Of a stretch of 64,000 bases of DNA, positions 8,611 through 18,359 are shown one piece after another. The number at the start of each line of letters is the position of its first letter. Position 1 is the first letter of the stretch. The DNA is from an uncultured Candidatus Poseidoniales archaeon (lineage in GTDB: Archaea; Thermoplasmatota; Poseidoniia; Poseidoniales; Poseidoniaceae): the NCBI GenBank assembly GCA_902605365.1, contig CACLCM010000001.1, forward strand, positions 82,595-146,594, in the 5' to 3' direction. The notes under the pieces were generated by a model. It made no database searches and was not told where the DNA came from. It was given only the letters and a program-made list of their open reading frames with translations. The position numbers were made by a program, and so were the translations under genes.

Positions 8611-10071
8611 ATGAGTGACGATGTTGCCGATGTCTCGATGCCAGAGGGTATCGAAGTCGATGATGCCGCTGCTTATTTCGGAGTATTCGAATCATCAGAT
8701 GCCCTTCATCAGATGATGGAGATGTCTCGTGAAGATGCTTTTGAGAAATTCTTTGCTCTGTTGTCAGACCTTGTACTCAAACCAGGAGACTTCGATTTTC
8801 AACTAGCCAGCGAGAGACTATCTTGTGAAGGAGGAGAGATCTATTTCCTCGTGGCAGGACATCTTGGAGTTATGTCTTTGCCAGAACAACTTTCATTGGC
8901 CATTAGTGAAGGACAATTTTCTGATGATGATTCCAAGTTATTGAGCGAGATAGCAGATCCGATGCGATTGCTAAAATTATTCGCTATCGCTCAGCAGACT
9001 GGAGGAGAGGGTGAAGCGACAAAATATCTCAAAGGTGTCGAATCTTTGATGTCAAACCCAGCAGCGAATAAGGATGCTTTACTTTCACTAGCGAGTGAAG
9101 TACAAGCAGCATTCGATGTCGCAGGACATGTAACACCTATCGCTAGTTTGTCTAGCGGAAGTGCTATCGCCAAAGAAGTCGAAGCAGCATACGTTACACC
9201 AACTCCAAAAGTTGTAGAAACCAAGCCTAAGGTAAAGCCAAAAGCAATTGAGACAGAGCCAGTGATAGTACCTGAGCCTGAACCTGAACCAGTATCAGTT
9301 CCACTTCCAACGCAGCAGGAGACAGCTCCTGTGGTTAACGATGTACCAGTTCCACTTCCAGAAATAGAAAAACCAAAGGTGGAAGTTGATGTTCGCAAAG
9401 ACTCAGAGAAAACTGAAGATGCGTTCGCAGGAGCCTTTGGAATGGTTGAGGAAGAGCCCGAACCTGAACCTGAACCCGAACCAGAGCCGGAGCCAGAGCC
9501 AGAGCCAGAGCCAGAAATGGAGGCTGAACCTGAACCGACTCTTGATGATGCCTTCGAAGCAGCAGATACTAACCAAAGTGGTGGCCTATCTATTGAAGAA
9601 GTGGTTCAAGCGACTGGTTTAGATGTTGAAGAAGCTACCAAACTACATGCTGAAGCCGATATCGATGGTGATGGAGAAGTTACTCTTGAAGAATTAAAAT
9701 CTAAGCCAGAGGTTATCGAAAAGATGGCTTTGCCTAAACCAGTAAAACCGGTCAGGGCAGGAATTCAAAATCCTCAACCAGTTCAACCACAGCAACAGCA
9801 ACAACAGGCTTGGGCTCAACAGCAGCAGCAACAGCAGCAGCAACAGGCTTGGGCTCAACAGCAGCAGCAACAGCAGCAACAGGCTTGGGCTCAGCAGCAA
9901 CAGCAGCAGCAGGCTTGGGCTCAGCAACAGCAGCAACAACAGCAAGGATGGAACCAACCAGTTCAACCGATGCAGCCTACAATTCGTTCAGGAATCCATT
10001 GTAGGGGTTGCCGAATTGGAGTTGACCCTAACTGGCGTTTCTGCCCAGTATGTGGTACTCAAATCCGTTGA
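8611..10071 (+). CDS. Acidic cytoplasmic protein with PE repeats, paired EF-hands, poly-Gln (QnAWAQ) repeats and C-terminal zinc ribbon
   Basis: The ORF is open from GTG 8575. ATG 8611 is preceded by the purine-rich ggaagggaagaggagaggg. EF loops are DTNQSGGLSIEE and DIDGDGEVTLEE. The C-terminus is CRGCRIGVDPNWRFCPVCG. Confidence 0.8.
   Translation: MSDDVADVSMPEGIEVDDAAAYFGVFESSDALHQMMEMSREDAFEKFFALLSDLVLKPGDFDFQLASERLSCEGGEIYFLVAGHLGVMSLPEQLSLAISEGQFSDDDSKLLSEIADPMRLLKLFAIAQQTGGEGEATKYLKGVESLMSNPAANKDALLSLASEVQAAFDVAGHVTPIASLSSGSAIAKEVEAAYVTPTPKVVETKPKVKPKAIETEPVIVPEPEPEPVSVPLPTQQETAPVVNDVPVPLPEIEKPKVEVDVRKDSEKTEDAFAGAFGMVEEEPEPEPEPEPEPEPEPEPEPEMEAEPEPTLDDAFEAADTNQSGGLSIEEVVQATGLDVEEATKLHAEADIDGDGEVTLEELKSKPEVIEKMALPKPVKPVRAGIQNPQPVQPQQQQQQAWAQQQQQQQQQQAWAQQQQQQQQQAWAQQQQQQQAWAQQQQQQQQGWNQPVQPMQPTIRSGIHCRGCRIGVDPNWRFCPVCGTQIR
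9451..9537 (+). repeat. Coding (Pro-Glu)n dipeptide repeat
   Basis: EEPEPEPEPEPEPEPEPEPEPEMEAEPEP is encoded by gaacct/gagcca hexanucleotide repeats. A shorter PEPEPEP run lies near 9271-9290. Confidence 0.9.
9790..9948 (+). repeat. Coding CAG/CAA-rich repeat (poly-Gln blocks separated by AWAQ, four units)
   Basis: QQQQQQAWAQQQQQQQQQQAWAQQQQQQQQQAWAQQQQQQQAWAQQQQQQQQGW. At the DNA level, caacaggcttgggctca recurs. Confidence 0.9.
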
Positions 10072-11256
10072 TCAGGCGATGAATACACCGTCATCCAATA
10101 TTTTGGTGTCATCTAACCAAACAGATGGTTTGGAAATTACTCCAGGAATATGAATTCCAACAGCTGCACTTCCTCCAAGACTTGAATTGTCGCCTATCGA
10201 AAAGTAGCATGTTCCAAGTTGTTTTTCATCCTCAAGAACATGGCCGGTCATTCTAGCATTTGGATTCATACCGAAACCAAATTCAGCAACTGTCCAAACC
10301 ATTTCTCTGTCTTTTGAACGAAGTCTCGAGGCTGCTTCTCCAAACTGTTGTCTAATCTGTGCAGCAGTAGAGTCTCCCTTGATATCAATTACAATTCCAT
10401 TTTCAACAGTCAGTTCTAACGGTTCTTCCAGAAGTGTAGACTCCCATGTACCATCGATGAAAATAGTGCCGTTCATTGAACCTTCACGCGGTAGAACAAA
10501 CGCTTTACCTGCGGGTAAATTTGTGATCATTCGTGGCCTATTACAAATACCATTATCGTCTAATTTCCAATCTCTCCAAGATACTTCAAATTCGATATCT
10601 GTGCCGTTTGAATCTTTTACATGAATCAAACGCTTCCTCCGAAGTGTGCTAGATAATTCCGATAAATTCTTCTTAATCTGATTGAAGTCAGCAGTCATCC
10701 CCCCTTCTACGAACATTTCAGGAGTCATACCGGGCATAGTTGCAACTCTTGCCCCCTCTTTGACAGCACTCCTAATCGCTCTTGTATGCGTTAGAGAATA
10801 TCGTGTTGGAGCAATTACGATTTGTTGCTGTCGCATCAAATTAGCCACCGGGGAAGGGGGTTCCTCTCCGTGATGACGGCTTTTAGGCATAACAATCAGT
10901 AGTACTCTATCAGAACGCTCAGTCGCAGCCCGATGAAGCGCTTGTCCAATCTCTCCTGTAGTTGGGTCACAAACAATCAGGACATTCTCACCCCTTCGTA
11001 TGTCCATACATGTATGTGTTACACGTTTTGCGGATTCTAGTAGAGCAGCTTCAAGATCGAAATCCATTTTTTCTTCTTCAATAATTTCCTCTTCATCGAC
11101 TTCAGCTTCAACCACTTCATCGATTTCAAGGTCGTCCTCAATTTCGGGCTTTTCATCCTTCGACTTACGGCGGAAGGGTGAGACCATGTATAGCGCAAAC
11201 ACGCATACGCCTTCAAATTGTGCCCAATTCGTTATGAAATCTTGAAGAATAAGCAA
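10072..11256 (-). CDS. Aminopeptidase, M29 (aminopeptidase T/AmpS-like) family, with acidic N-terminal extension
   Basis: GENVLIVCDP..., VATMPGMT, FGFGMNPNA, LEDEKQLGTCYFSIGDN fit the M29 thermophilic metalloprotease layout. The true start may be Met at 11187 (MVSPFRRK), because 11256 leaves only 14 nt to the divergent gene. Confidence 0.7.
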   Translation of the reverse strand: MLILQDFITNWAQFEGVCVFALYMVSPFRRKSKDEKPEIEDDLEIDEVVEAEVDEEEIIEEEKMDFDLEAALLESAKRVTHTCMDIRRGENVLIVCDPTTGEIGQALHRAATERSDRVLLIVMPKSRHHGEEPPSPVANLMRQQQIVIAPTRYSLTHTRAIRSAVKEGARVATMPGMTPEMFVEGGMTADFNQIKKNLSELSSTLRRKRLIHVKDSNGTDIEFEVSWRDWKLDDNGICNRPRMITNLPAGKAFVLPREGSMNGTIFIDGTWESTLLEEPLELTVENGIVIDIKGDSTAAQIRQQFGEAASRLRSKDREMVWTVAEFGFGMNPNARMTGHVLEDEKQLGTCYFSIGDNSSLGGSAAVGIHIPGVISKPSVWLDDTKILDDGVFIA

Positions 11257-11270
11257 CTTTACGATGGTAT

Positions 11271-12758
11271 ATGGGCGAGCAAGAAGAATTCATGCTGAGA
11301 GTTAATGACTTATACCGATTTGAAGCAATTCAAGGCCACTTAGGGTGGGACCAAGAAACAATTATGCCTACTAAAGGAGCAAAGGCACGTGGTGAAATTC
11401 TAGCTTGGTTAGCCGGGCAGAGACATAGCCGACTAATCGACCCAGAGTTAGGTGAACTAATCTCATCACTCGAAAATAAGGAATTGGATGATTTCCTTAC
11501 AGCCAATGTCAAAGAGATGAGAAGGAAATATGATGAAGCGGTCAAACTACCAACTGAGTTTGTATCCTCTTTTACCAAAGCACGAAGTGAGGCTTTAATA
11601 TCCTGGCAAAAAGCTCGTAGTGATAGCGATTTTAGTCAATTCGCTCCACACTTGGAGAATATGGTGAAATTAACTCGCCAGAAAGTCGAGTACCTTGGTA
11701 GTGAATCGACACCATATGATGTCCTTCTAGACGAATATGAAGTCGGAATGACGGTCGCTGATTATGACCCACTATTCGCAGGATTGAAAGAAAGGCTAGT
11801 GCCTTTGTTGTCGAAGATTATGGAATCAGGGACTGAAATCCCTAGATTACCTGAAGATATGACATTCCCAATCGATTCTCAGGAGATGTTTTGCAACCAA
11901 GTTAGCAAAGCGATGGGCTTTGATTTTGAGGCAGGTCGTATGGATAGATCAACTCATCCTTTCTGTGCAGGACTATGGCCAGATGACACTAGATTCACCA
12001 CAAGGTTTGATGAAAAAGACCCATTTTCCTGTCTTTATGCTGTAATGCATGAATCAGGACATGGATTGTATGAGCAGGGTTTGCCTAGAGAGCACAGTTA
12101 CTCTCCAGTAGGCATGGCGGTTTCATTAGGTGTTCACGAATCACAAAGTCGATTCTGGGAGAATCAAATTGGAAGAACTGCAGCGTTTTGGAATGTAGCA
12201 ATGCCTTGGTTTAGAGAACAATTCCCAGATTGTCCAGACTGGAGTAATGAAACTTTAGATTTGGTGGCAAACGAAGTAAAGCCTGATTTCATTCGTGTTG
12301 AAGCGGATGAAGTAACTTATAATTTGCATATCATGATTAGATATGAGATTGAAAAGATGATTTTCAATGAGGGATTGGCTGTAGAAGATATTCCTGAAAC
12401 ATGGAATAAGATGATGAAAGATTGGTTTGGAATCGATGTGCCAAGTGATTCGCTTGGATGCTTACAAGATATCCATTGGTCTATGGGTGCATTCGGTTAC
12501 TTCCCAACATATACTCTAGGAAATTTATATGCGGCTCAGTTGCTTGAATCAATGGCTGATGAGTTAGGAGATATCGATGATATAATCTCATCAGGAGATT
12601 GGTCCAGCATGCTATCTTGGCTACGCTTACAAATCCACGATAAGGGGTCTGTTATCACTCCTTCAGAGCTAATTGAATCAGCAACAGGCAAAGCACCTAG
12701 TCCAGATGCATTCCTCAACTATGTTGAGAGTAAATATTCCAAGTTATACAACTTGTAA
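11271..12758 (+). CDS. Carboxypeptidase, M32 (Taq carboxypeptidase) family
   Basis: The family hallmarks are present: HESGHGLYEQG (HExxH), HPF, IRVEADEVTYNLHIMIRYEIE and DIHWSMGAFGYFPTYTLG. Confidence 0.85.
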   Translation: MGEQEEFMLRVNDLYRFEAIQGHLGWDQETIMPTKGAKARGEILAWLAGQRHSRLIDPELGELISSLENKELDDFLTANVKEMRRKYDEAVKLPTEFVSSFTKARSEALISWQKARSDSDFSQFAPHLENMVKLTRQKVEYLGSESTPYDVLLDEYEVGMTVADYDPLFAGLKERLVPLLSKIMESGTEIPRLPEDMTFPIDSQEMFCNQVSKAMGFDFEAGRMDRSTHPFCAGLWPDDTRFTTRFDEKDPFSCLYAVMHESGHGLYEQGLPREHSYSPVGMAVSLGVHESQSRFWENQIGRTAAFWNVAMPWFREQFPDCPDWSNETLDLVANEVKPDFIRVEADEVTYNLHIMIRYEIEKMIFNEGLAVEDIPETWNKMMKDWFGIDVPSDSLGCLQDIHWSMGAFGYFPTYTLGNLYAAQLLESMADELGDIDDIISSGDWSSMLSWLRLQIHDKGSVITPSELIESATGKAPSPDAFLNYVESKYSKLYNL

Positions 12759-13097
12759 TTATTCTTCTGCGTCGCTATCGTCACCGGTAATCTTTGCTTG
12801 TAGATTGTTAAGCATTCCAGTTAAATCGCTGATTGCGTCTTGCAAATCATTAGTTCTATCTTCTTCATTATCTGTACCGAATGATACACCTAACAAGGTT
12901 ATCATTGCACCAGATAGCATAATCACTGCAGATACGAAAAGATCCTTCAAATCAGTATCTTCGCCGTTAGCTAACATGACTCCCCAAAGGGCACCGGATG
13001 CGAATATTAGCAGTCCAAGTATAATCTGTTGATGTCCAGGTCCAAGTTTTTCTTCAAGTCCACTCATTGTGTTTCCCCGCTTGGAAGATATATCCAT
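12759..13097 (-). CDS. Small two-TM membrane protein with acidic C-terminus
   Basis: 112-aa ORF with helices IILGLLIFASGALWGVMLA and LFVSAVIMLSGAMITLLGVSF. It fills the gap between flanking genes. Confidence 0.5.
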   Translation of the reverse strand: MDISSKRGNTMSGLEEKLGPGHQQIILGLLIFASGALWGVMLANGEDTDLKDLFVSAVIMLSGAMITLLGVSFGTDNEEDRTNDLQDAISDLTGMLNNLQAKITGDDSDAEE

Positions 13098-13141
13098 CAG
13101 TTAAAATATTAGCGGATATTTTTTCTATTTGGGTTTGAAAA

Positions 13142-14545
13142 TTAATTCCAAGGCAACATGACCAGAGGTTTTCCTGCTTGTCCAGCATCTACTAGACATT
13201 GCCCTTTTGGACCAGTGTCATCATTTCTTTCAAACACTGGAGTGCCCGCAACTGCGGTAAAAACCGGCCATCCGACCAATTTCTTTCCGACGAATGGATT
13301 CCATCCAACATTGGACCACGTATTCTTATCTTCAACAAGTTGTTCTTTCTTCATATCAACTAGAACAATATCTCCGTCATAGCCTTCTTCAAGCCTGCCT
13401 TTGCCGACCATTTGGTAGCATTCTGCAACATTGCTAGACATCCACTGAACAACTTGTTCGATTGTACACTCGCCCTTTGCAGCGTGAGTTAGCATAACTG
13501 GAAGTGATGTTTCTACACCAGGCATTCCACTTGGAGCGCTAGGGAATCCCTTTGCTTTATCTTCGAGTGTGTGAGGGGCGTGATCAGTTGCAATACAATT
13601 GATTGTACCATCTTGTAATCTCTTCCATAGCGTATCTTTGTCTTTTTGATATCGTATAGGGGGGTTCATCTTCAATCTGGTTCCTTGCACTTCAACATCT
13701 CTTTCATCAAGTGTCAGGTGTTGAGGTAGCGTTTCAGTTGTGACGTGTGCCTTACCCTCTATTCCATGTAATGACGTAACTTCGTTTAACCAATCGGCTT
13801 CAATTCCTGAAGTAAGGTGGAGGATGTGCAGGCGATGACCACTATCCTGTGCGTAATTAACCGCTCTCTTTGTCGCAATCAATGCAGTCTCGTCATCTCT
13901 CCACTCAGCATGGGCAGCCATATCTGTACGACCTTCGATACCCTTCTTTCTTTCATTCATTCGGTCTTCATCTTCAGCATGGACTGCGATCAGTCCTGCA
14001 GTATTGTCGAAAATAGTCTTGAGAGCACTTGATTCATTGACCAATAAATCTCCCGTTGATGAGCCCATGAATATCTTGATTCCACAAATACCGGGAATTG
14101 AGATCGGTGAATCAGGAGTGCCCACCGTCTTTTTCAATTCTTCAACATTTGATTCTGTAGCTCCGATAAAGAATCCATAATTTGTTATGCACTTATTTGA
14201 TGCAATTTCCAACTTGTCATGCATGGATTGTAATGTGGTTTGACTCGGTACATTGTTTGGCATGTCGAGGAAAGATGTCACTCCACCGCTAGCAGCTGCA
14301 CGTGAACCAGTGTATAGGTCCTCTTTTTCTGGTTGGCCAGGGTCTCTGAAGTGAACTTGCGGGTCAATAATTCCAGGAAGTAGATGTAATCCAGTTCCAT
14401 CTTGCAATAATTCACCATTACGTGGCTCAAGATTTGCATCAGTAGAAATTTCTGATATTACTCCATCAGTAATTCGTAAGTCACCAGTCACAGTTCCAGT
14501 AGGTAGTACCATTTTGGCTCCAGTAATCAAAATATTTCCTGCCAT
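13142..14545 (-). CDS. pyrC: Dihydroorotase / cyclic amidohydrolase
   Basis: PGIIDPQVHFRDPG and ATDHAPH metal-binding motifs are present. The ATG at 14545 (MAGNILITG) has GGTGA upstream and sits 4 nt after the mogA stop. The longer ORF to 14599 would overlap mogA. Confidence 0.8.
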   Translation of the reverse strand: MAGNILITGAKMVLPTGTVTGDLRITDGVISEISTDANLEPRNGELLQDGTGLHLLPGIIDPQVHFRDPGQPEKEDLYTGSRAAASGGVTSFLDMPNNVPSQTTLQSMHDKLEIASNKCITNYGFFIGATESNVEELKKTVGTPDSPISIPGICGIKIFMGSSTGDLLVNESSALKTIFDNTAGLIAVHAEDEDRMNERKKGIEGRTDMAAHAEWRDDETALIATKRAVNYAQDSGHRLHILHLTSGIEADWLNEVTSLHGIEGKAHVTTETLPQHLTLDERDVEVQGTRLKMNPPIRYQKDKDTLWKRLQDGTINCIATDHAPHTLEDKAKGFPSAPSGMPGVETSLPVMLTHAAKGECTIEQVVQWMSSNVAECYQMVGKGRLEEGYDGDIVLVDMKKEQLVEDKNTWSNVGWNPFVGKKLVGWPVFTAVAGTPVFERNDDTGPKGQCLVDAGQAGKPLVMLPWN

Positions 14546-14549
14546 CTTT

Positions 14550-15098
14550 TCACCTTCTTCTAGCATTTTTTGGACGGAAGGCATTGCATATATTATCATT
14601 CATGTCAATATATGGCCCACTCAATAAATCTATGCAGTACGGAACTGCCTTCCAAATTTCATCAATGGTTTCCCGTATTGCCTTTGGGCGTCCAGGCAAA
14701 TTGAAAATTAGACAATTGCCTCGAACCCCTCCGACTTGTCTAGAAAGTATTGCCGTAGGCACAAATTCCAAGGAAACGGCTCTCATTTGTTCCCCAAAGC
14801 CAGGAAGTATTCTGTCACATACAGTTTCAGTTGCTTCTGGAGTGACGTCTCTTAGGGCAGGTCCTGTCCCTCCGGTTGTAACTACCACATTACAACCTAA
14901 TTCGTCAACCATCTCAATCAGGGCTTCAGAAATCAATTCTAACTCGTCGGGAACTATTCGATAGTGGTGAGTCCATTGTGAGGCAACAGCCTCCTCGAAA
15001 AAGCCCAGTATTGCAGGGCCTCCCTCATCTTCGTATTCTCCAGAATGCGCTCTGTCAGAGACGGTAAGTATCCCAAATATAGCGGGGTCTCCAACCAT
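14550..15098 (-). CDS. mogA: Molybdenum cofactor biosynthesis protein MogA/MoaB family
   Basis: TVSDRAHSGEYEDEGGPAI and TTGGTGPALRDVTPEAT motifs are present. Confidence 0.8.
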   Translation of the reverse strand: MVGDPAIFGILTVSDRAHSGEYEDEGGPAILGFFEEAVASQWTHHYRIVPDELELISEALIEMVDELGCNVVVTTGGTGPALRDVTPEATETVCDRILPGFGEQMRAVSLEFVPTAILSRQVGGVRGNCLIFNLPGRPKAIRETIDEIWKAVPYCIDLLSGPYIDMNDNICNAFRPKNARRR

Positions 15099-15107
15099 CC
15101 TTACACC

Positions 15108-17222
15108 TCACTCATTGCCGTACTTGTCACGTATATCGGCATGGAATGAATCTAGAAGTGTATCTTCGAATAACTCTGCTTGTCTCCTCGTCTTGGTAGA
15201 ACGCATGTGAAGGAATGCCATTCCAATGAATGCGATAATGGCTATAGGTATTGCAGCTTCAAGTTTGTACTTGTGCATCACAGTAACGATGCCTTCAGCA
15301 GTATACGCCCATGTTAGAGAAGCAACGGCTCCTCCTACGAATGTAGCCCACAGTACACGCATGAATTTCATACGCGACAATAATCCTAGCATTGCTCCAA
15401 CCAAAACTCCCGAGGCCATGAACGGGATCCACACAAACACGATCAATCCCCAGAATCCCCATTTGTTAATCATCTCACGCTTTTCATTAGCAGTATACTC
15501 TACCGTCGAAAGAATATCTCCGAACAATTTGGTTTGAAGGACACGGCCGCCTAAACCGTCTTGTTTAGCAACAGCAGCAACTCTGGAATCCTTGTCTCCC
15601 TTTGAGGAGAGTGTTTCTACACGCCCTGCTCCTGAGCGGTCCGCAAGAGTTGAAACTAGATTACGGCCCTTGACGATCAATTCTTGCGTACCTACCAATT
15701 CTGGATTCTCTCTCGAGATGTACTTTCGCAAATGTTTCTCAATTTCAGAATTAGAGTCCTTGAATCTGAAGAAAGCAAATCTCTGGTTTGGCTTGTAAGC
15801 AACTCTTACGAAAATGATGGAGTCTTCACTGGTTACAGTTGCCATCTGCAAAATTAAGTCATTTTTAGAGCGGAAGTAACCCTTGACCGATTCTCTAACT
15901 TCATCTTCAACCTTAGATAGCATGTGTAGGTCACGGAAGAACGAGGTGTAATCTTGGTCTTCCATATCCTCTCCTTCTACCATTCCACTTCCCACACCAA
16001 CTCCTGTTTCGAAGTCGATAGCCTGATTGTCACCAATCGAGCGTACTGTTAGTTGAACTGGTTTGAAAACTCTGAATAGTGCGAATTCCTCTAGCACTTC
16101 TTTCAAAACATCTGATCTAACATCTGCAACATCGGAAAATGTTCCATCTGTATTGGAATATGGCACCATGATGTCGATTGACAAATCCCGAACCTCTATT
16201 TTGTAAAGGTCCCAGTCTATCTTGATATGAAGCCGCCTCTCAGTATTTCGTAATACATCAGCAACCACCTTTCTAATGTGGGTTCTAGATAGCATATCGT
16301 CAGTTTCCTGATGGTATAATTTGTACATTACAGGATAAGCCAAAAACAGGGAAATAACCGACAAGGAAAGAGAGATGAAAGCCATCCACCATGCAGGTAT
16401 GCCAGCAGCTCCTCCCGTCAGCATTGCAGTTTCACGACCACCGCCAAGTTCAGCCCCCATCAGAACGAATCCCCAGTTTCCAAGGTCGGTTACAGACCAG
16501 CAAGAACGTGGACCATCTTCAACGATATGCCCCTCTCTCTTAACTTCAGAATCTACGAATGGCAGGAATGACAGAGCATTTTCAGAAGTACTAATCTCGA
16601 ATTCAAATTCCTTAGAAATCCTCTCAGTGTCGTTCTTTCTCAACTCATCTCTATTCTCATCCGTGATATTTTCATATACAACATCCTTAGGATACATGTC
16701 GATGAAAATCACAACTTGATACATTCCAGTTTCCCATTCAGAATAGTCAATTTTCACATTACGCTTCTCGACTTCATCCCCACTGGGTTCGGGTGTAGAT
16801 GAATCTTCATCTGCTAATACAGTCCAATTCAGGATTGCCATACCTTCTCCAAGGTTTCTGCCTGAGATTTTCAAAACTTCAGCATCATTGTCTGGGTATG
16901 CGTGGATCCAGGGAGTGTCAAGAACCTCTTCACATTGTTCTCCGCTATCTAGAATAGTGCCACTAGCCCAGTGATCGAGACTTGTTGCTTCGCCAAATAC
17001 TCCTCCTGACATTCCAAATAGCAAGAGTGCGTAAAGTGCGCCATATCCTAATCCCATCAGTAAAGTCCAGTCTTCAATGGCTGAGGGAAAACGCCTTTTT
17101 GAATCCGTGTTACGGCGTTTTCTAATTCCGGCGAGTTCCTTAGAAATCTTGTCGATAGGTTTGGTTTCCTCAACCTCTCCGGCCAAAGCGTCCATATCAG
17201 AATCGATATTGTTGGACGCCAT
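15108..17222 (-). CDS. Multi-domain membrane protein; C-terminal region resembles small multidrug-export (COG2426-like) membrane domain
   Basis: Long ORF with several TM helices. The C-terminal KWGFWGLIVFVWIPFMASGVLVGAMLGLL... resembles that family from memory only. Met at 17222 (MASNNID) is preferred over 17249 (MCLCPVGAH). Confidence 0.6.
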   Translation of the reverse strand: MASNNIDSDMDALAGEVEETKPIDKISKELAGIRKRRNTDSKRRFPSAIEDWTLLMGLGYGALYALLLFGMSGGVFGEATSLDHWASGTILDSGEQCEEVLDTPWIHAYPDNDAEVLKISGRNLGEGMAILNWTVLADEDSSTPEPSGDEVEKRNVKIDYSEWETGMYQVVIFIDMYPKDVVYENITDENRDELRKNDTERISKEFEFEISTSENALSFLPFVDSEVKREGHIVEDGPRSCWSVTDLGNWGFVLMGAELGGGRETAMLTGGAAGIPAWWMAFISLSLSVISLFLAYPVMYKLYHQETDDMLSRTHIRKVVADVLRNTERRLHIKIDWDLYKIEVRDLSIDIMVPYSNTDGTFSDVADVRSDVLKEVLEEFALFRVFKPVQLTVRSIGDNQAIDFETGVGVGSGMVEGEDMEDQDYTSFFRDLHMLSKVEDEVRESVKGYFRSKNDLILQMATVTSEDSIIFVRVAYKPNQRFAFFRFKDSNSEIEKHLRKYISRENPELVGTQELIVKGRNLVSTLADRSGAGRVETLSSKGDKDSRVAAVAKQDGLGGRVLQTKLFGDILSTVEYTANEKREMINKWGFWGLIVFVWIPFMASGVLVGAMLGLLSRMKFMRVLWATFVGGAVASLTWAYTAEGIVTVMHKYKLEAAIPIAIIAFIGMAFLHMRSTKTRRQAELFEDTLLDSFHADIRDKYGNE

Positions 17223-17334
17223 GTGTGCCCCTACGGGGCATAGGCACATGAAGGCTATGCTAAATCATAAGTGAAATCGCTCAAATGACCAAGTATTCTC
17301 AGAATGCAAACACGAAGTAAACTAATTCAGATTA

Positions 17335-17410
17335 TGGTGGGTTAGGCCGGACTTGAACCAGCGACCTCGGCATCTTCAGTGCCGCGCTCTCCCAACTAAG
17401 CTACTAACCC
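17335..17410 (-). tRNA. tRNA-Phe (GAA), CCA encoded
   Basis: The reverse complement is GGGTTAGTAGCTTAGTTGGGAGAGCGCGGCACTGAAGATGCCGAGGTCGCTGGTTCAAGTCCGGCCTAACCCACCA. Acceptor stem is GGGTTAG/CTAACCC and the anticodon loop is CTGAAGA. A GTTCAAGTC T-loop is present. Confidence 0.9.
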
Positions 17411-17457
17411 GGGATAACCTCGCCACAGGCATCAGCATTTCAAGCCTTACGGCTCAA

Positions 17458-18282
17458 TCACTCGATGTCTTCTAGCACGACTAACTGCATATCAGCTAAT
17501 TGTGCAAGTCCATGCCGTGACATGTCTAGTAATGCCTGAAGTTCATCATAAGAGAATGTAGATTCTTCTCCAGTACCCTGAACCTCGACAAATTTACCAT
17601 CAGATGTCCCCACTACATTCATGTCAACATCTGCATTTGAATCAAGAATATAATCCAAGTCGAGGAATACATCATCGCCGATTAAACCAACAGATATTGC
17701 TGATAGGTCATGTGGGATTACCTTGTTTTCGTGATTACGTGCTTCTGTTTTTGATAACTGAGGGGGTGTCCAGCCATTTTCACGGTCATCACGAGATGGA
17801 CGTAGGTCTATTGGCAAACAATCTCCGCTAGCGATCAGTCTTCGAACCGCTAGTCTTAGAGCGATATTTGCTGCTGTAATGGATGCACAACGTGTTCCAC
17901 CGTCTGCATTGAGAACATCACAATCTACTGTAAGTGCAATTGGGCCTAATGCTTCGAGATCGATTGCACCTCTTAGAGAGCGGGCAACCAGCCTTTCAAT
18001 TTCCTGAGTACGGCCCTTCGCTCCTCTTCTTTCTCGACGGAATCGAGAATCGGTGGAACCAGGAAGTAGAGAGTATTCTGCATGAACCCATCCCTTAGTA
18101 GCGTCACGAGGGAACCATCCAGGTAGTCTGGATTCTTTGGTTACACAACATAGGATGTGGGTGTTGCCTTGGCGGTATAGGATACTCGCAAGAGCATTAG
18201 GGGTGAAATCGATTTCAACCTCGATATTTCTCATTTCATCTTTAGGACGGTCGGTCTCAATGCCGGTCTTGAACTTGGCCAT
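17458..18282 (-). CDS. rph: Ribonuclease PH
   Basis: GWVHAEYSLLPGSTDSRFRRERRGAKGRTQEIERLVARSLRGAID and CDVLNADGGTRCASITAA match RNase PH motifs. ATG 18282 (MAKFKTG) is preferred over GTG 18300. Confidence 0.8.
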   Translation of the reverse strand: MAKFKTGIETDRPKDEMRNIEVEIDFTPNALASILYRQGNTHILCCVTKESRLPGWFPRDATKGWVHAEYSLLPGSTDSRFRRERRGAKGRTQEIERLVARSLRGAIDLEALGPIALTVDCDVLNADGGTRCASITAANIALRLAVRRLIASGDCLPIDLRPSRDDRENGWTPPQLSKTEARNHENKVIPHDLSAISVGLIGDDVFLDLDYILDSNADVDMNVVGTSDGKFVEVQGTGEESTFSYDELQALLDMSRHGLAQLADMQLVVLEDIE

Positions 18283-18359
18283 GCTTCGGCGAGTAACCAC
18301 TACACAAGAACACTTCCCTCAACGCACAGGTTGAAGAATCAAGCCCCATTGGGCCGTTC

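Noticed and set aside
9694-9966. 90-aa minus-strand Leu-rich ORF, plus an alternate-frame plus-strand Ala/Thr-rich ORF at 9810-10004
   Set aside because: Both are frame or strand shadows of the CAG/CAA poly-Gln repeat in the 8611-10071 gene.
12673-13032. 119-aa plus-strand ORF overlapping the carboxypeptidase 3' end and the small minus-strand gene
   Set aside because: It overlaps a confidently called gene, and its peptide is Ser/low-complexity. The opposite-strand ORF 12759-13097 gives two clean TM helices and abuts both neighbours.
14546-14599. A longer pyrC ORF start (MIIYAMPSVQKMLEEGEK...)
   Set aside because: It would overlap the last 50 nt of mogA. The ATG at 14545 has a GGTGA upstream and yields the usual short N-terminus before the first beta-strand.
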